Of a DNA stretch of 64,000 nucleotides, positions 24,220-37,450 are shown in pieces. The stretch is from Asterias rubens (taxonomy: Eukaryota): contig NC_047062.1 in the NCBI RefSeq assembly GCF_902459465.1, forward strand, positions 31,124,001 through 31,188,000. Reading direction: 5' to 3'. Within the stretch, counting starts at the first letter, position 1; every line of letters starts with the position of its first letter. The notes under the pieces are model-generated. The model saw only the letters and a program-made list of their open reading frames with translations, was not told the origin of the DNA and searched no databases. A program made the position numbers and the translations under genes.

Positions 24220-27104
24220 TCAATAAAACGTGCCCGGCGTTTCCCGCCTCAGTCTCCTCCTCTCCCCGTCCATCGCAATCAGTTCATTCGTTGTCCTTTG
24301 CCTCGTCACCTCGCGTAAGTTTCTCTTGAGGCGACCACCAGCTGACTGAGCCAGTGCCCGGGCCTGGAGCCTCCGGGCTCCCTTGGCGCTGACGCACCGT
24401 GTCGCCATGAGCTGTCGTTTCCTCCGTTCGACCTGCTCTTGAAGTTCTTGCTCTACGTCTTCCATGATCTCACTCTCGGTCCTCAAGAAGAGCGAGCTCC
24501 TACGCTGCTGGAGGGCGTAATACTTAGACGTGAGTTCAGCAGGTTGTTCGAATGGAGTGAGTTCGCGGATTGGGTGTTGGGGAGGCGAAATGTCAGCAGA
24601 GTCTGCTCTCCCGGGGCTTGAGGCGCTTTCCACGGTAGGGACAGGTCGAGACGTGGACGGTGGGGAGTCCGTAAGTTCGTGGGGTTTATTGCGAGGCGAG
24701 ATTGCTGGCAATGACTTGTCATTTTTCATTTCAGAGTACCGTGGCAGTGCGTTGTGAGTCAATACATTCTCCACAGTCAGCAATCCTGCATTGATATCAA
24801 TGAGTTCTTTCTTTCTATTGTCTTTCTCAGAGCCATTCCCGAACCCCTCTGGAGATGAAGTTGTAAGTTTTTCAGTCATTTCGCGAGGGGAGGGTTTACT
24901 GTCAGCGGTGTCTTCTATCCCATTAACCGTGCTGATAGATCCACGTCTTTGGTTGTAGTAGATGAACATCCCACATTGACTTCGAACATCGTTGGGAATC
25001 TGTCCATTGCCGTTTTGTTCGTCATAATCTTGCTTGGCCTCAATATAGTTGGGAGGCGTTGGGTCAGCTTCAGTTTCATTGGGTTTACGGGGAGACAAGG
25101 GTGCAGCGCGGGGCACCTCCCGCTCCCGGGCGATTTGACCCACGCAGATGGACCCGCGTCTCCGGTCGCGAGGGGGGAACGGGGCGTGCCGAAATGTCTG
25201 CTGGGCAACATCTTCACAGCTCTTACTCGTTGCTCTGGTAGCATCTTGGCCGTGAGTGTTGAGGGGAGTTCCACTTAAGTTGGATACTTTCTTTGTTGAG
25301 CTTGACTCTTCGGATAGGTTTGCAGTGGCTCGGGTGATATGAGATGTGCCCACCGAGGCCCGACGGGACAAGAGCCGACTATGAGGGGCAGCGGCCACCT
25401 TATTCTGGAAAAAATAAAGATAAAACAACAAATAAACAAACACCGTTGAGCTTAATCCAGTCGGATTATTATAAAGCGTCCCCAAAAATGCTGCAATCAC
25501 GTTTTCTACTCAATGCAATCTTGACAAAAATTTTCATTAAAGAACCAAAACTAAAATGTTTTCGTTTGTGTAGGAACGAGTAACTTACAGGTTCCCCCCC
25601 CCCCAAAAAAAAAAAAGATATATAAGAAACAAACAACCACAACCATGTCTTCTGCAGTACCCTTTTGAAAATCAAGGACTTTGTGGTATATCACGTATTG
25701 ATACAAAGTTATATAATAATTATTTTCCATAACCGCATTGCTTTGAAGTGAAATGCATTATAAAGCCAAAAACAAAGTTTCCTCCAGAAATGTAAAGGTA
25801 TCACACACAGTTTTCAAGTCGGCAAAGGCGATGGGTAAACCTCGAAATTTAAATATAAGAAGCGTAACCGCGGTAACGCTTCTCAGATTGTTTATTCCTG
25901 TCGGATTGGTCTTCCTACCACAAGCTTTTGCTTGTCTGTTTATGCCCCCATTTCAAAATCTCCTCAAAACTGTACTTTTGATTTGTTTGCGGGAAAAGAA
26001 ATGTTTTAAAACTAAAAATGATGCAAGGGTGCTGAAAATAAAAAAGTTAAATGGACTTACTCTTTGAATGAATTGTGACAGCGTAGCAGCGGAGTCAGAT
26101 GCTCTCCGGCCCAGCCTACTGGTCAACAGTTTCACATCTCGCAGATCCTTCTTCGCCTTCTGCTTGTCTAGCAATGAGATCACAGCCGACCTCTCGTTGA
26201 ACAGCGTGGAAAGTTTCTCTCGGTTGGTGTGTAGGTGTGCTATACCGGCTGATAAGTAGGCGTGGCGTGTCGGGGACGGAGACCTGGCCGGGGAAGAGGA
26301 GCGTGGAGACACTCCAGGAGAGCGCGGTGAGACCTCGGTCGGTGAGTGGGGTGGTAGGGAGGTGGTTACCGGTACTGCTGGCATGGAGTACCGGCGGCCG
26401 AAGCGTGCCCCGGGAGGCCGGTTGATTGGCAGGCCCAACGGGCCAGCTCGGTAGGCCGTGGTGCCCGGCCGGCTCCTTCGGCTGCTTATCAGTTCATCGT
26501 CCTCATCCTCAACTTCGGGGATCTCAGCAGACTGATCAGTATCCACGGGACTGTCAGGCTGTTTATCTTTCTCTAACTCTCCAGCACCGTCCCCAGTTGA
26601 CGGGTTGTCCTCCGTTGATGGTGTGTCGTTCGTTTCATCTTCTTCCTCCAGCTCGTCAGTTTGTTGGTTTTCACTCTCAAAGTTGGTTCTGAAAGTCCGC
26701 CATTTCATGACCGCTCGTGCAGTCCTGTCATTGTAGTACAGTTTGGGGGTCGCCGCTCTTTTCATCACGTCTGCCTCTGAGGCTTTCCACTTAGCCTTAG
26801 CCGATTTGACCCTGGCATTCCCTGACGACTGTGTCGCATCTTCTTGATTCTTGTCTTCCTGAAGCTCCTCTTGTTTCACGGGTAACTCTTCCGTGGATGC
26901 TCTCTCTTGCTCGGGTGTGGCCCGTGGGGCTTTCGCGATTATCTTCCCGTTGCTGGACACCCCTGTCAGCTCCTCGATGATGGCCTGAGCCTCGGAGCTT
27001 ACGAATAGACTTTCTCTCTTCATGGTTAAATTCGGGTCCAGTTTGATTATCCGACTGACGCAAGTGCATTCGCCCTTACCGCTACATGATGCTATCTCCA
27101 TCAT
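24220..27104 (-). CDS. Uncharacterised low-complexity protein, about 742 aa, two coding exons (27104-26061, 25404-24220)
   Basis: Two long GC-rich ORFs join in phase 0: donor AGA|gtaagt at 26061/26060, acceptor ttccag|AAT at 25405/25404 (...SQFIQR|NKVAAAP...). Start is uncertain (ATG 27104 or 27023, or further upstream exons). AATAAA on the minus strand at 24191-24196. No domain recognised. Confidence 0.72.
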
Positions 27105-27421
27105 TGTTCTTGTGTGTACAGAGTACAAGTCAATTTTACACACAAAATCCACACACAAACGGCAAAGATGCCGTGAGTAAACAAACTTCTTCTAGTAGCC
27201 TTGATTAAAATGTTGATACATGTACTTGTAAGACCGTTGAGACGCTAGCTTCCGAACTGTAAGACCTCTCAGCAAGTTCTGATGTTTGTCTCACAAACAC
27301 GCTATTCTTGCATGTACAATCCTGTCCTTGCTCTATGGTACATGCCTTGCTCTGTGTCACCGATGTTGTCTGAGACCCTAACTAAAGCGAGATCGAAACA
27401 GTGGTATCACCAAAAGCTTAT

Positions 27422-27572
27422 GACCCTTTTCGAAACCACGACTTCAGCATCAGATTCGCCTATGGCTAGCTTGGCTATTTTGGCATTAGCGCATGCTTTG
27501 CGTACGTGCTCGTGGCTTCAGACGAGGAACGAAGTCTGAAGCCGAATCCAAAGCCGTGGATTCGAAAAGGCC
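27422..27572. mobile_element. Hairpin MITE (Harbinger-like)
   Basis: ccttttcgaaaccacgactt ... aagccgtggattcgaaaagg inverted ends. Confidence 0.6.
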
Positions 27573-30342
27573 CTTTTTTGCTCATGGAAGTGGATGTGTA
27601 ATAACGCCTATGCGCCGGTGCTATTCTAATTAGATCGCCGCGGGGGAGCATCATTGTCAACAAGGGGCAATTAAAGAGTGAAGAAGCGATTTGGGGTAAG
27701 TCGACCGTGCTGGTACAAACTGCTCAGACTCATTTGTCCGTAGTTGGGTTTAAGCTATTGGGGTGGAGCATTGCCGTTATCAAAGAGGGGAAGAGGGACC
27801 CAAGTTGCCCCTTCCCCTTGACCTATCCGTGCCCGTGTCCGTTATTACACAACACAAAACACATACTTGCGGTTAACACATCTATTATCCGGGACCCTCA
27901 CGTTCAATCTACAATACATGTAGTTCGGGTGTTCGAGGTAGCATTTCATCCAACATCCAACCACCACCAATCTATATGGGAGTGAAGCATTGCCGTTATC
28001 AAAGGCGGTCAGTATGAGAGACCATTGTAATCCCAGGGAACCCTTGCCCCGTACGGTCCCTGCCCTAGCTGTCCTCGCCCGTGAATTTGATTCCTTTTGT
28101 AGATCAAGTGATTTCCCATTACATGAATCCCTACTCATTGTGAATTAAGATGTAGGCCTATGTAATATTTACCGATATAAGTTCCAGCTTTAACAGTCGT
28201 AAAGTGTTGGAGAAAAACAATAAGTGAAACTCACAGAACAATGTTTACGTTCTATATTCTAAAACAATGTTCGTCTCCTAAATTATTTTCGTGACATTGT
28301 TTTACTAATTTCTCGATAGGCACCCCAGCAAGTAACACTTTCAGGGAAGCTATTCTACAATCACTTTCTTCATACCGTTCAAGTTGTAAATATGTGTACA
28401 CTAAAAAGTACCCAAACCTTTAATGTACAAGTTCGAGTGGTGCCAGTTTTCGCTCTTTTGAGAATAAAAGTCATTATGTGTCACTCTTTTTGAGTGAAAT
28501 TGGAACGAACTTCACTCTAAATCAAGTTGAAAGTACCGTCTTTCACTCTAAAAAGAGTTGTCCGCCATAATATGGCTCTTTGCAAGAGTGGTATCGGGGA
28601 CAAAACGAGTGTTTTTATTTTTTTTAATTTTTATTCTAAACTCTTTTACATTAGGTGAACCCTCGTTAAACAAATACCCAATTGGACTACCTGCTGCCGT
28701 TTTGTTACGTAAAACAAATTTTTATTTGAACAAACGGCGATGTCAATATCCACTAATTTGGACATGATCCAATGCCTGATACAGTGAAGAGTTTCGCACC
28801 ATGGTCGGATCAGATCGATCCCACGTCCTAGAATGCATGCTGTGTTTCTCTACAGACGTCTACCCGCATCAGTGCATCAATTACTCAAAGAATTAATACA
28901 TGATTGTTTGTTGACCTAAATGAAAGGAAAGACTGAAATTCACCCTTTCTTTAAAATGTTTACCGTCAGAGAGAACGGTTTAGAAGACATTGCAAACGAT
29001 CAATAGTTCTTGGAACTATTACAAGACACGTGGGTCTACCTGCCAATTCCAGTTTTAAATTGCGTGATGTAGGCCTACATTAATTTTATTTTTTATATAA
29101 GTGAGAAAATAGAACTAGCTGTGGCGAGCTGCTTATACTATGGAGGAGCTACCTCCATGATTACACCAACCAAAAGGACTGATTGTATCATACATGCAAA
29201 GAATAGTTAATGGCCTGACGTTTCGACCCTAGCAGAGTCTTTCTCTTGTGCTGTATACAAGTATAGAGAAATTAGAACTAGATGTTGCAAACCAGCGTAC
29301 CAACCAAAAGGACCGATGGTATAAGTGCATACAAATTAATTAATTTACTAGTTTTTTGCACGATTATATTAGTGAGAAAATAGAGACAGCTGTTGAAAAC
29401 TGCTTACCACTACCAATATCTTACAAGGAAGGTAGTGATGTATCACTTAGTTATAAGTAGGGCTTAATTACATGCTTTAAATCATGAGCTTTCGTAACAA
29501 ATACTATTTCCGCCGATCATGTTAACTCATGACATTACTTTTTTACAAAAGAGCCACAGAGCGTGTACTTCATGCATGCATGATTTGTTCACAGCTCAAT
29601 GGAAGTAAACATGAAATCGTAAATTTTACGGAGATTGCACTGTCTACTTTTAACAACTTTAACATTAAAAAAGGGGGGCACATCACATTTCCAAAACTTA
29701 AACAGTTGTTTACTTGTATAACTCCTTTTTATTTAAGAGAGTGGGGTGCAACTTTATAATTATTCTTAGAACTTATTTATGTTGCATAAGTCAATTTCTT
29801 TGGGGCGAAGCCTGCTGGCATGGGGTGCAACTCATGCACCATAAAAGCACGTGCGAGGACACGTTTTCCCCCTCCTTTTGTAAGAACTAGTGCCGTCTGG
29901 TTCCTCCCAATTACGGCGCTTAAAGGACGGGTACAGAGGAGAGAAAAGACCGAACATAAAACAAGGGATTAGTTGTACCCTATTAAAGCCTGCCACCCAT
30001 TCAAGAATAAATTCGGGGGGCCGTTGTGCCCTTTGTCAGGCGCACTGAATGCTTTTAGGGCAGCCTGCTTTTATTGCATCGCGTGCTATACGTACTGGCA
30101 CTGCGATGAAGATTACTAATTCTTCCTCTATGGTACTGGTTTAATCACACGTCTAAAAGAAAAACCTAGAATGGTTTCATAACTGCATCTGTGTGCTTAA
30201 AGAAAAGGAATACAAACAATAAAAGAGAAATAGCTTTTTGAAGCAATCGCACATCCGTAAACAGTATTGTCCAAAGGACCATTCGTGTATATCCGTTATT
30301 CTCGATGTATATCCAGAAAATTATGTTACATAAACAAACAAA

Positions 30343-30925
30343 AAATTTCGCAATTTGCCGGCTGTTTTGCCAGTCAAAGGTCTTTAGGACAAGACTGGAT
30401 GGTTGCCAATATTTCTCCTTCAACTTTTAGACGCAAACGCTCGATTCAAGGAGAGAACAAGGCACAACAAAGCCATCACATTATCAAGCAATTATCTTAC
30501 ATAAAAAAAAGAGTTTCGAGTTCGGCCGTTTTGCCATGCAAGGGTCTAGCAGGACAAGACTGGGTGGTTGCCGAACATTCCTCTTTCAACTTTCAGAAGC
30601 AAGCGCTAGATTCAAGGAGAGAACATCACGGCACAATAAAGCCAATACATTATCAAGAAATTATCTTACATAATGGAAAAGAGTTTCGAGTTTGGCTGTT
30701 TTGCCATTCAAGGGTCTAGCAGGACAATACTGGATGGTTGCCAAACATTACTCCTTCAACTTTCAGACGCAAACGCTCAATTCAATGAGAGAACAAGGGA
30801 CAAAAACGCCATCAAATTATCCAAAAATTATCTTACATAATAAACAAGTTTCGAGTTTGGCTGTTTTGCCATTCAAGGGTCTAACAGGACAAGACTGGGT
30901 GGTTACCAAACATTGCTCCTTCAAA
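30343..30925. repeat. ~168-bp tandem repeat x~3.5
   Basis: Unit starts at about 30343, 30511, 30681 and 30846 (gtttcgag...gttttgcc...ggacaagactgg...attatcttacataa). Confidence 0.9.
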
Positions 30926-31781
30926 CGCAATCGCAAACGCAACCATTTTGATTAACGATTTCCCATACCGAACGGTTCACGTGCGGTCACATTGCTCGTC
31001 AGAACATACACGATGTATCACACTTTAAAAAGAGCATTCACTTATTATCATGGTTCGATGTCCTACAATTCCAATCAGTCAATAATAAGTTATGAATTCT
31101 CCAGACTTAATAGATAATAAGCTACAGTTTATAAAAAATCCATGAAACCCCACAAAGAAGATTATGAGATGTGCTGAATCGATGATACCTGCTGTGGTAT
31201 TATGGGTTTCCCAGTACGAGGGAAACAACCCGTCTACTAGTTAGTTTTCTGCCCTGCCTAGACCGTGACTCATGTCCTAATCCCGTGAGAGTCATGTTGT
31301 GTTCAGCCCCATCGCCTAACATCAGAAAACTCCCCCAACCTGTGCCATTTTCGGCGAAATTTTGACGGAGGATATAGGCCGACTTCTCTCGCACGATCGA
31401 GACCGGGACTTGAATCAAGTCTATATACTGCTCAAGAACGAGGGCAATATTTGGGCAAAATGCCACAGCACCATGTAGCTGGGATGACCATTTGGTCATT
31501 GATCTCTATGGCACACAACCTACCCCCCCCCCACCACCCCAGCAACCCCCCTAGAAAAATGGGGCGACGACTGTTTAAGCAAAAAGCACTTTGATAGTAC
31601 GACAGGCTCGAGTTAAAAGTCCGAAAGAAAGCGAGACAGCTTCTCCTCGCCTAAGGAGGACTTATAAACAAAATTCTGTTTTATTTATTGATATCTGCAG
31701 ACCCTCACAGAATAAAATAACTTAAAGAAAATGTATAGTTGTGGAACGGTGAGTTGTGACCCCACGGCAGGGACTCGTTTT

Positions 31782-34700
31782 TCAGTTGACTTTCTTCTCT
31801 AGGCCGACCATCTTGGCACTTATCTCCCACAGCCTCTTGGCATCCTGGTGGTTTAGCGCCGCGTCGGTCGGCTTTCTCGGGGCACAGTCACTATGAAAGA
31901 ATGGAAGAAATGAAACACAAATAAACCTTTTTTGTATCCTGAAGTGGGGAAAGCCATTAGCTTTACGCCTGAAACGACCAATTTATCATTACACCACCTA
32001 CGGTTACTATTAATTTATATTAATATTAATTTCTGTACATTTCCCAATAATTTTCACATCCAAGTGACCGTCTCAACATGCCCAGCTATTGTCTAGAATT
32101 ATTTTGATCCATAGTAATGAATTAGTTGATTTATTTCCTTAATTGTAATAAGCTATACATTTTAGGGCGTGGAACCACCCCAACTTTATCCCGAGGGAGC
32201 GAAAGGGGAAATATTAATACCATACAATCAAAAATAAAAAATAAAAAAACATCTGAGAGTCTAGACTTCTTTTATACATGCCCAGCTTTTTTTTTAAGGA
32301 ACAGATAATACGTTTTTATTTATTAACATTGACAACAGATGAACAGGACAAATTGTTCAGATAGGCGACCGATAGAACAGGACAGATGAAACGAGGTCAA
32401 GTGCTCTTGAACCGCTCGGCACAGGGCGTCGTGAGCACAGACAACCGTGTCGCAGACACTTCTGTGAGGCCTCGGATCAGGCTGATTTCAAGCCTTGGAA
32501 AAACAATCGGTGACGACGTACCGAGGCTTAATCTGGCTCGAGTAGCGCCAATAAGAATACGAAAATCAAATGCATCTATTTGTATGTGTGCATAGCAAAC
32601 AGGATAAGACCATTGTTACCACCCAGTCTCGGTTTGGTCTTCGCTGAACTCCGCAAATATCTGATCAATGACCAACCATATATTAATATGGTTTTACCCT
32701 TACACCCATGTGTGTTACAGCACTGTATTATAATATTAAGTACTTTCCCCGACTTCGGTGAAAACAATAACAGGCATATTAATTGGATGGGATTCGAACC
32801 CTAGACCTTTGCAATTCTAGAGCAGTGTCTTACGAACTGGAACACCGAGTAGGATTTGAACATCCTCTCCAGTGGGCAATGTTGTCTATAGTTGGTAAGA
32901 CACTGCTCTAGAGTTGCAAAGGTCGTGGGTCCGAATCCCAACCGAGCAATATGCCTGTATTGTTTTCAGCAGAACTTGGGAAACTACTCATTATACAGTG
33001 CTAACACACATTGATGTAAGGGTAAAATTACAGTAATATCCTTTAACCCCGATGAAAATTCGACATCTATTAGATCAAAAATATCTTACGCAAAGTACAG
33101 GCCGGATACACTCTCGAGTTCATCTGCAACGGCACAGTATATAGACGTCTGTGCGCCCTCTACCGTGCTCTTGAATAAGAAGTTTGGAGACAGGCTGGCG
33201 AGCCAAATGATTGCTCCGGCAACTCCTTGGGGCTTCTCTGCTTCTATGTGCCGGAACAGTTCCGTCTGGATAACACCCGGATGAAGTGCGTTTACAGTTA
33301 CGCCGGAACCTAATACACACAGAGGTCGTGGGCATAATAATTGCATGAGCCTTTTTTTGCTATGACGGAGACGATGAAGTGCACTGTTTGGTTAAAGTGA
33401 TAAGGTCTACAGACAAAATGTATTCAAACCAATAGTGTTATGGTACTGTATTCACTATATCTCAAAGTGGCTTTGAGCAGCCCCCCCCCCCCCACCCCCG
33501 CAACGAACATAGTTTCGTTTTACCCTTCTACCGTTGTGAGATAAATATAGGGCCTATAGCCCTGGCGGCCTTGCACTTCCATCTTATACTACAGTATCTG
33601 TATACAGAGGAAGAGTTCTATATAGGGCTAGCGTACTCAGTGCTTTCGCTGCCCATAGTTCCCATAGAATATCAACATGCTACTGGGACGGGATTCGAAC
33701 CCATGAACCCAAGAAATGGGTCGAGCTGACGCAAAATGCAAATTTAAGCCACTTTCCGAGTCAGCATAACCTGGAAATGGGTCAGACCCCTAGGACCCAG
33801 AATATGGGTCAACACTAACCACGCAGGGAAATTATTTTAAAGAATGCACTAAAGTTAAGTTGAGGCAAGGTAGTTTTTAAAAACCTAGTATGGCAGGGAA
33901 AAGGTTCACAAATAACCAATGCAAAATTGGGTCAAACCGACGCAGAATTCAAATGTTGTTGTTGCTGTTGGTGTTTTGGGATTTAAAAAGTTAAACGCCG
34001 AAACAATTTGAAACATCTGTGCAATACCTTCCAGTTGCCTGCTCAGTTCCAGCGTGAACAGCATGGAGGCAAGTTTGCTCTGCCCATACGCTGAGAAACG
34101 ATCGTAGTCCTCATCCATCATCAAGTCCTCCCATTGCATCTTGCCTCCACCGTGTGCGACGGAGGAGACGTTGACGATGCGGGACGGGGAGGAGGACTTG
34201 ATGAGATCAAGGAGGAGGTTGGTCAGAAGGAAATGGCCGAGATGGTTGACGCCAAACTGCATCTCGAAGCCATCTTCTGTTGATTGTTTGGGACACATCA
34301 TTACACCTATGGGAGCAAATGGCAATGCGATCAACATGGGTTCTTACAGTAGTTTTACTAACATGCTTGCTTGTTACTTGGTTGTTTTTATGGTTGCACT
34401 TATGTGTTTAATAATGAAGACTCAGGAACATTCTGTTTTAGATTGATGTTCGTTTGCAATTATATCCGGTTTCCTTAGCATTAAAATACTTGTACGCCTG
34501 TGTGGAGTGAAGCAATTATGATAAAGTGCGCTGTTCGCTCGTGGCGTGATTGGGGAGGCCAGGATTCGAACCCATACATTATATTGATTGTTTGGGACAC
34601 ATCATTACACCTATGGGAGCAAATGCAATGCGATCAACATGGGTTCCAGTACAGTGGTTTCACTTGTGCTTTTAATAAATGGATGTATTTTATGGTTGCA

Positions 34701-37450
34701 CTGACATTCTGTTTTAGATTGAAAGTTCGTTTTCAACCAAGAATAACACGAGGTGGAACTGGGGGTGTGGGAGGGGGTGTAGACACCGACTTGAGACGAA
34801 TCACTGGGGCCGATTGTCTGGAAGGATTCTGTTTGCCATTTTTCGGCAATATCTCAAAACGCGACCCCTTTTGAAATATAATATTCAGATGAAAAAAAAA
34901 CAGTCTTCAAACATGAACAAGGCAAGGAGTTCCAAAGAGGTGCAGTACGTGGAAAAGCTGTTGGAATGGTGCCTTCATCTCAGAAAATCAAGTGTGTGTG
35001 GGTGAGGAAAAGCAAAAAGTCTTGTTTTACTCTCAGACATTATAATAGGAGGAACTAGGTCGGTCACACTGGTGGAACAGTGACCGTAATTATTGTTATT
35101 AAACGAAGAAGAAGAAAACATTTGGACAAATCACACGCCTCCCGATTCTAAATGAGGCCAACCGGACAAGCGCGCATGACCATTGGCCCGTCAGAGCTCA
35201 CAAAATTGCTGACAAGTGCACGTACCGGAAAGAAACAATTGTATAGGGAAAAGAGCAAACCGACTTCCAAAGCAAACCTAGAGTCAGCAATGTACACCGT
35301 TCGCTTATACTAAAAGGCATTATGTCAAGACGGGGTTTTCATCACCTACTCAATTTACTGCATAATTTGTTGCAAATTTAGTGATTTTTTAAATAAAACC
35401 AATGTTTGATTGTTTGCAGCAATAAGTGTTACTTGAGCACCAGTAAATGTTGATGATTTGTTGATGTTGTATCTTTATGAGACAACATCGTGTCAATTTT
35501 AACATCCCGGTTTGTGCAGTGAGAGTGTCTTATGGAAGATGTTAAGTACAGGATCAAAGGAGGGAACAATAAACGTCTCCTCAAGATGCTTTTAAAAATG
35601 TTGTGTTAAGAAACGTAAATGGGAGCTGCTGAGTACAAACATGTAAGAGGGACAATATAACGTGTTTCTATGTGTGTTTTAGGACGGTTGTGCTCAATTT
35701 CGGTACCTTATCATAATATAAGGAGAAAAAAGGTAAAATTAAAGGACTCCATAGGGGAATTCTATAGACTTTGGTGTCTCACAAGGACATCTGTGTACAA
35801 AGACTATGAGACACAGGTTAAGTGAGGGACACCGAAAAGAACAAAGTAGTACTCCTCAAGGATGCATTTTTTGAGAACGTGTGAGAGAACTGACCCGCAT
35901 TATTGATCAAGACATCAAGTCTCGACTCTTCCTCTTTGATCTTCTCAGCAAACGCTCTTATAGAAGCAAGAGACGACAGATCCAACTGACGTATCACAAG
36001 ATGACCGCTAGAGGTCGCTCGACGAATTTCTGCTTTAGCCTCGGCAGCTTTGGCCTTATTTCGGCAGGCAAGAATCACCCGTGCTCCTGTCGAAGATAAA
36101 AGCACATGGGGATTACCGTTGAATCGGTAGAACCTGTCTCTACCTCCATGATCAGAGCGTAGGATACATATCTCACTGAGAAAAGGTATTCGGTTGTAAA
36201 TTAAAGAACAAATAGTACAAAATCTAGTACAAATATAGTAACATATTCAGAGCCCCCCCCCCCTATTAAAAATAGTAGAAAAAGTAAAATCTGTCCAAAG
36301 GCAATACTATGGCTCATCAGGCCGGTATTTATATTCAGTTTCATTGGCATTAAACGACTTGTACTCCTGTGTGAAGAGAAGCAATTATGATAAAGTGCCT
36401 TGCTCAAAAGTGTACACAAGTGTCGTGATTGACCTAAGATTACTGCTCAAAACCCGAGTACCCAGAATCATTTTTTTTCACCACACAAAAATCCAAAAGG
36501 GAACATTGTGTTCCTGCATCAGCCTAACCTAGTTCCTTATTGACAAAACTATAACCAAACTCACATAAATTACTCTTACAACATTCATATCGTGTTCCTC
36601 CATAAACCTAACCTAGTTCCTTATTGACAACACTACAACCGAAATCAATTCCCGTTTATTGTTTACTACTATCTTTACCTCTTCTAGCCATGTCTTTGGC
36701 CGTCTCCTTCCCGATGCCCGAGCTAGCTCCCGTAACAATCACCGTCTTCCCGTCCAGCCGGGCCCCGCTGTAGCACCAGCCTCCCCTTATGTACCGCTTC
36801 AACACCCATAAAGCCACGACGAAAGCTTCACGGTTACACGGACAAGTTTTTTGAGACAAAAGTATGAGATTTGTATAGTTATCGAGAAAACTATTTGTTG
36901 CCCCCCCCCAACCCACGTCACCGTGATCCAGTGGGTAGACTGCATGCAGGACTTGCAATAACAAGGTTGTTGGTTTAAATCAGGACTTGCAATAACAAGG
37001 TTGTGGGTTCGAATCCTACCAAGCTAACCGCTGATTTCACAATGACTAAAGTAAGCTTTGTCGTCTAGTTACAAGGTTGTGGTGGGTTCGAATCCCCAAG
37101 CTAAATGCAGTAAACGATTTGCCTTGGACCTATACAGCTAGAAAATTTCTACAACATGACTATAGAGTTACTAAAAACATCGCGATTTGTGACTTAATAG
37201 TAGCATTCCGTGTGCACAAAACGAGTTCAGTCTAATGAATTGCTATGCAAAATTGGTAGACGTAGGCCCAATCGTTCCCTTAACTGTGTAATAATAATTG
37301 CAGACTCGATGAACCAGATTAACAAGTGATTTATAAACTCAGAGGCCTGAAGCATGCATGCAAGTTCAGCGACAAACTATCAATAAATGAATGATTAAAA
37401 CTGGTCTTACCGAAGAGCAAAACACCAAGAATTCTTAGCCAAATCGACAT
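31782..37450 (-). CDS. Retinol dehydrogenase 11/12/13-like short-chain dehydrogenase/reductase (paralogue A), 328 aa, 6 exons
   Basis: Exons 37450-37411, 36825-36679, 36086-35895, 34306-34028, 33309-33090, 31890-31782 total 987 nt with phases 1,1,1,1,2. All introns GT-AG (the exon-2 acceptor is AAG). Protein: hydrophobic N-anchor [68 protein letters not shown] at 31684-31689. Confidence 0.93.
32692..33027. mobile_element. Head-to-head pair of tRNA-derived SINEs in the RDH-A last intron
   Basis: 32692-32849 (-) and 32883-33027 (+) share gtaagacactgctctaga.ttgcaaaggtc..ggg.tcgaatccc...atgcctgt.attgttttca...tacagtgct.aacacaca...gtaagggtaaaa. Confidence 0.75.
36925..37105 (+). mobile_element. 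Rearranged tRNA-derived SINE heads in RDH-A intron 1
   Basis: caggacttgcaataacaaggttgt occurs twice and gggttcgaatcc twice; no complete cloverleaf. Confidence 0.55.

Noticed and set aside
30267-30955. 150-aa and 87-aa ORFs
   Set aside because: Lie in the 168-bp tandem repeat and the frame is not kept between units.
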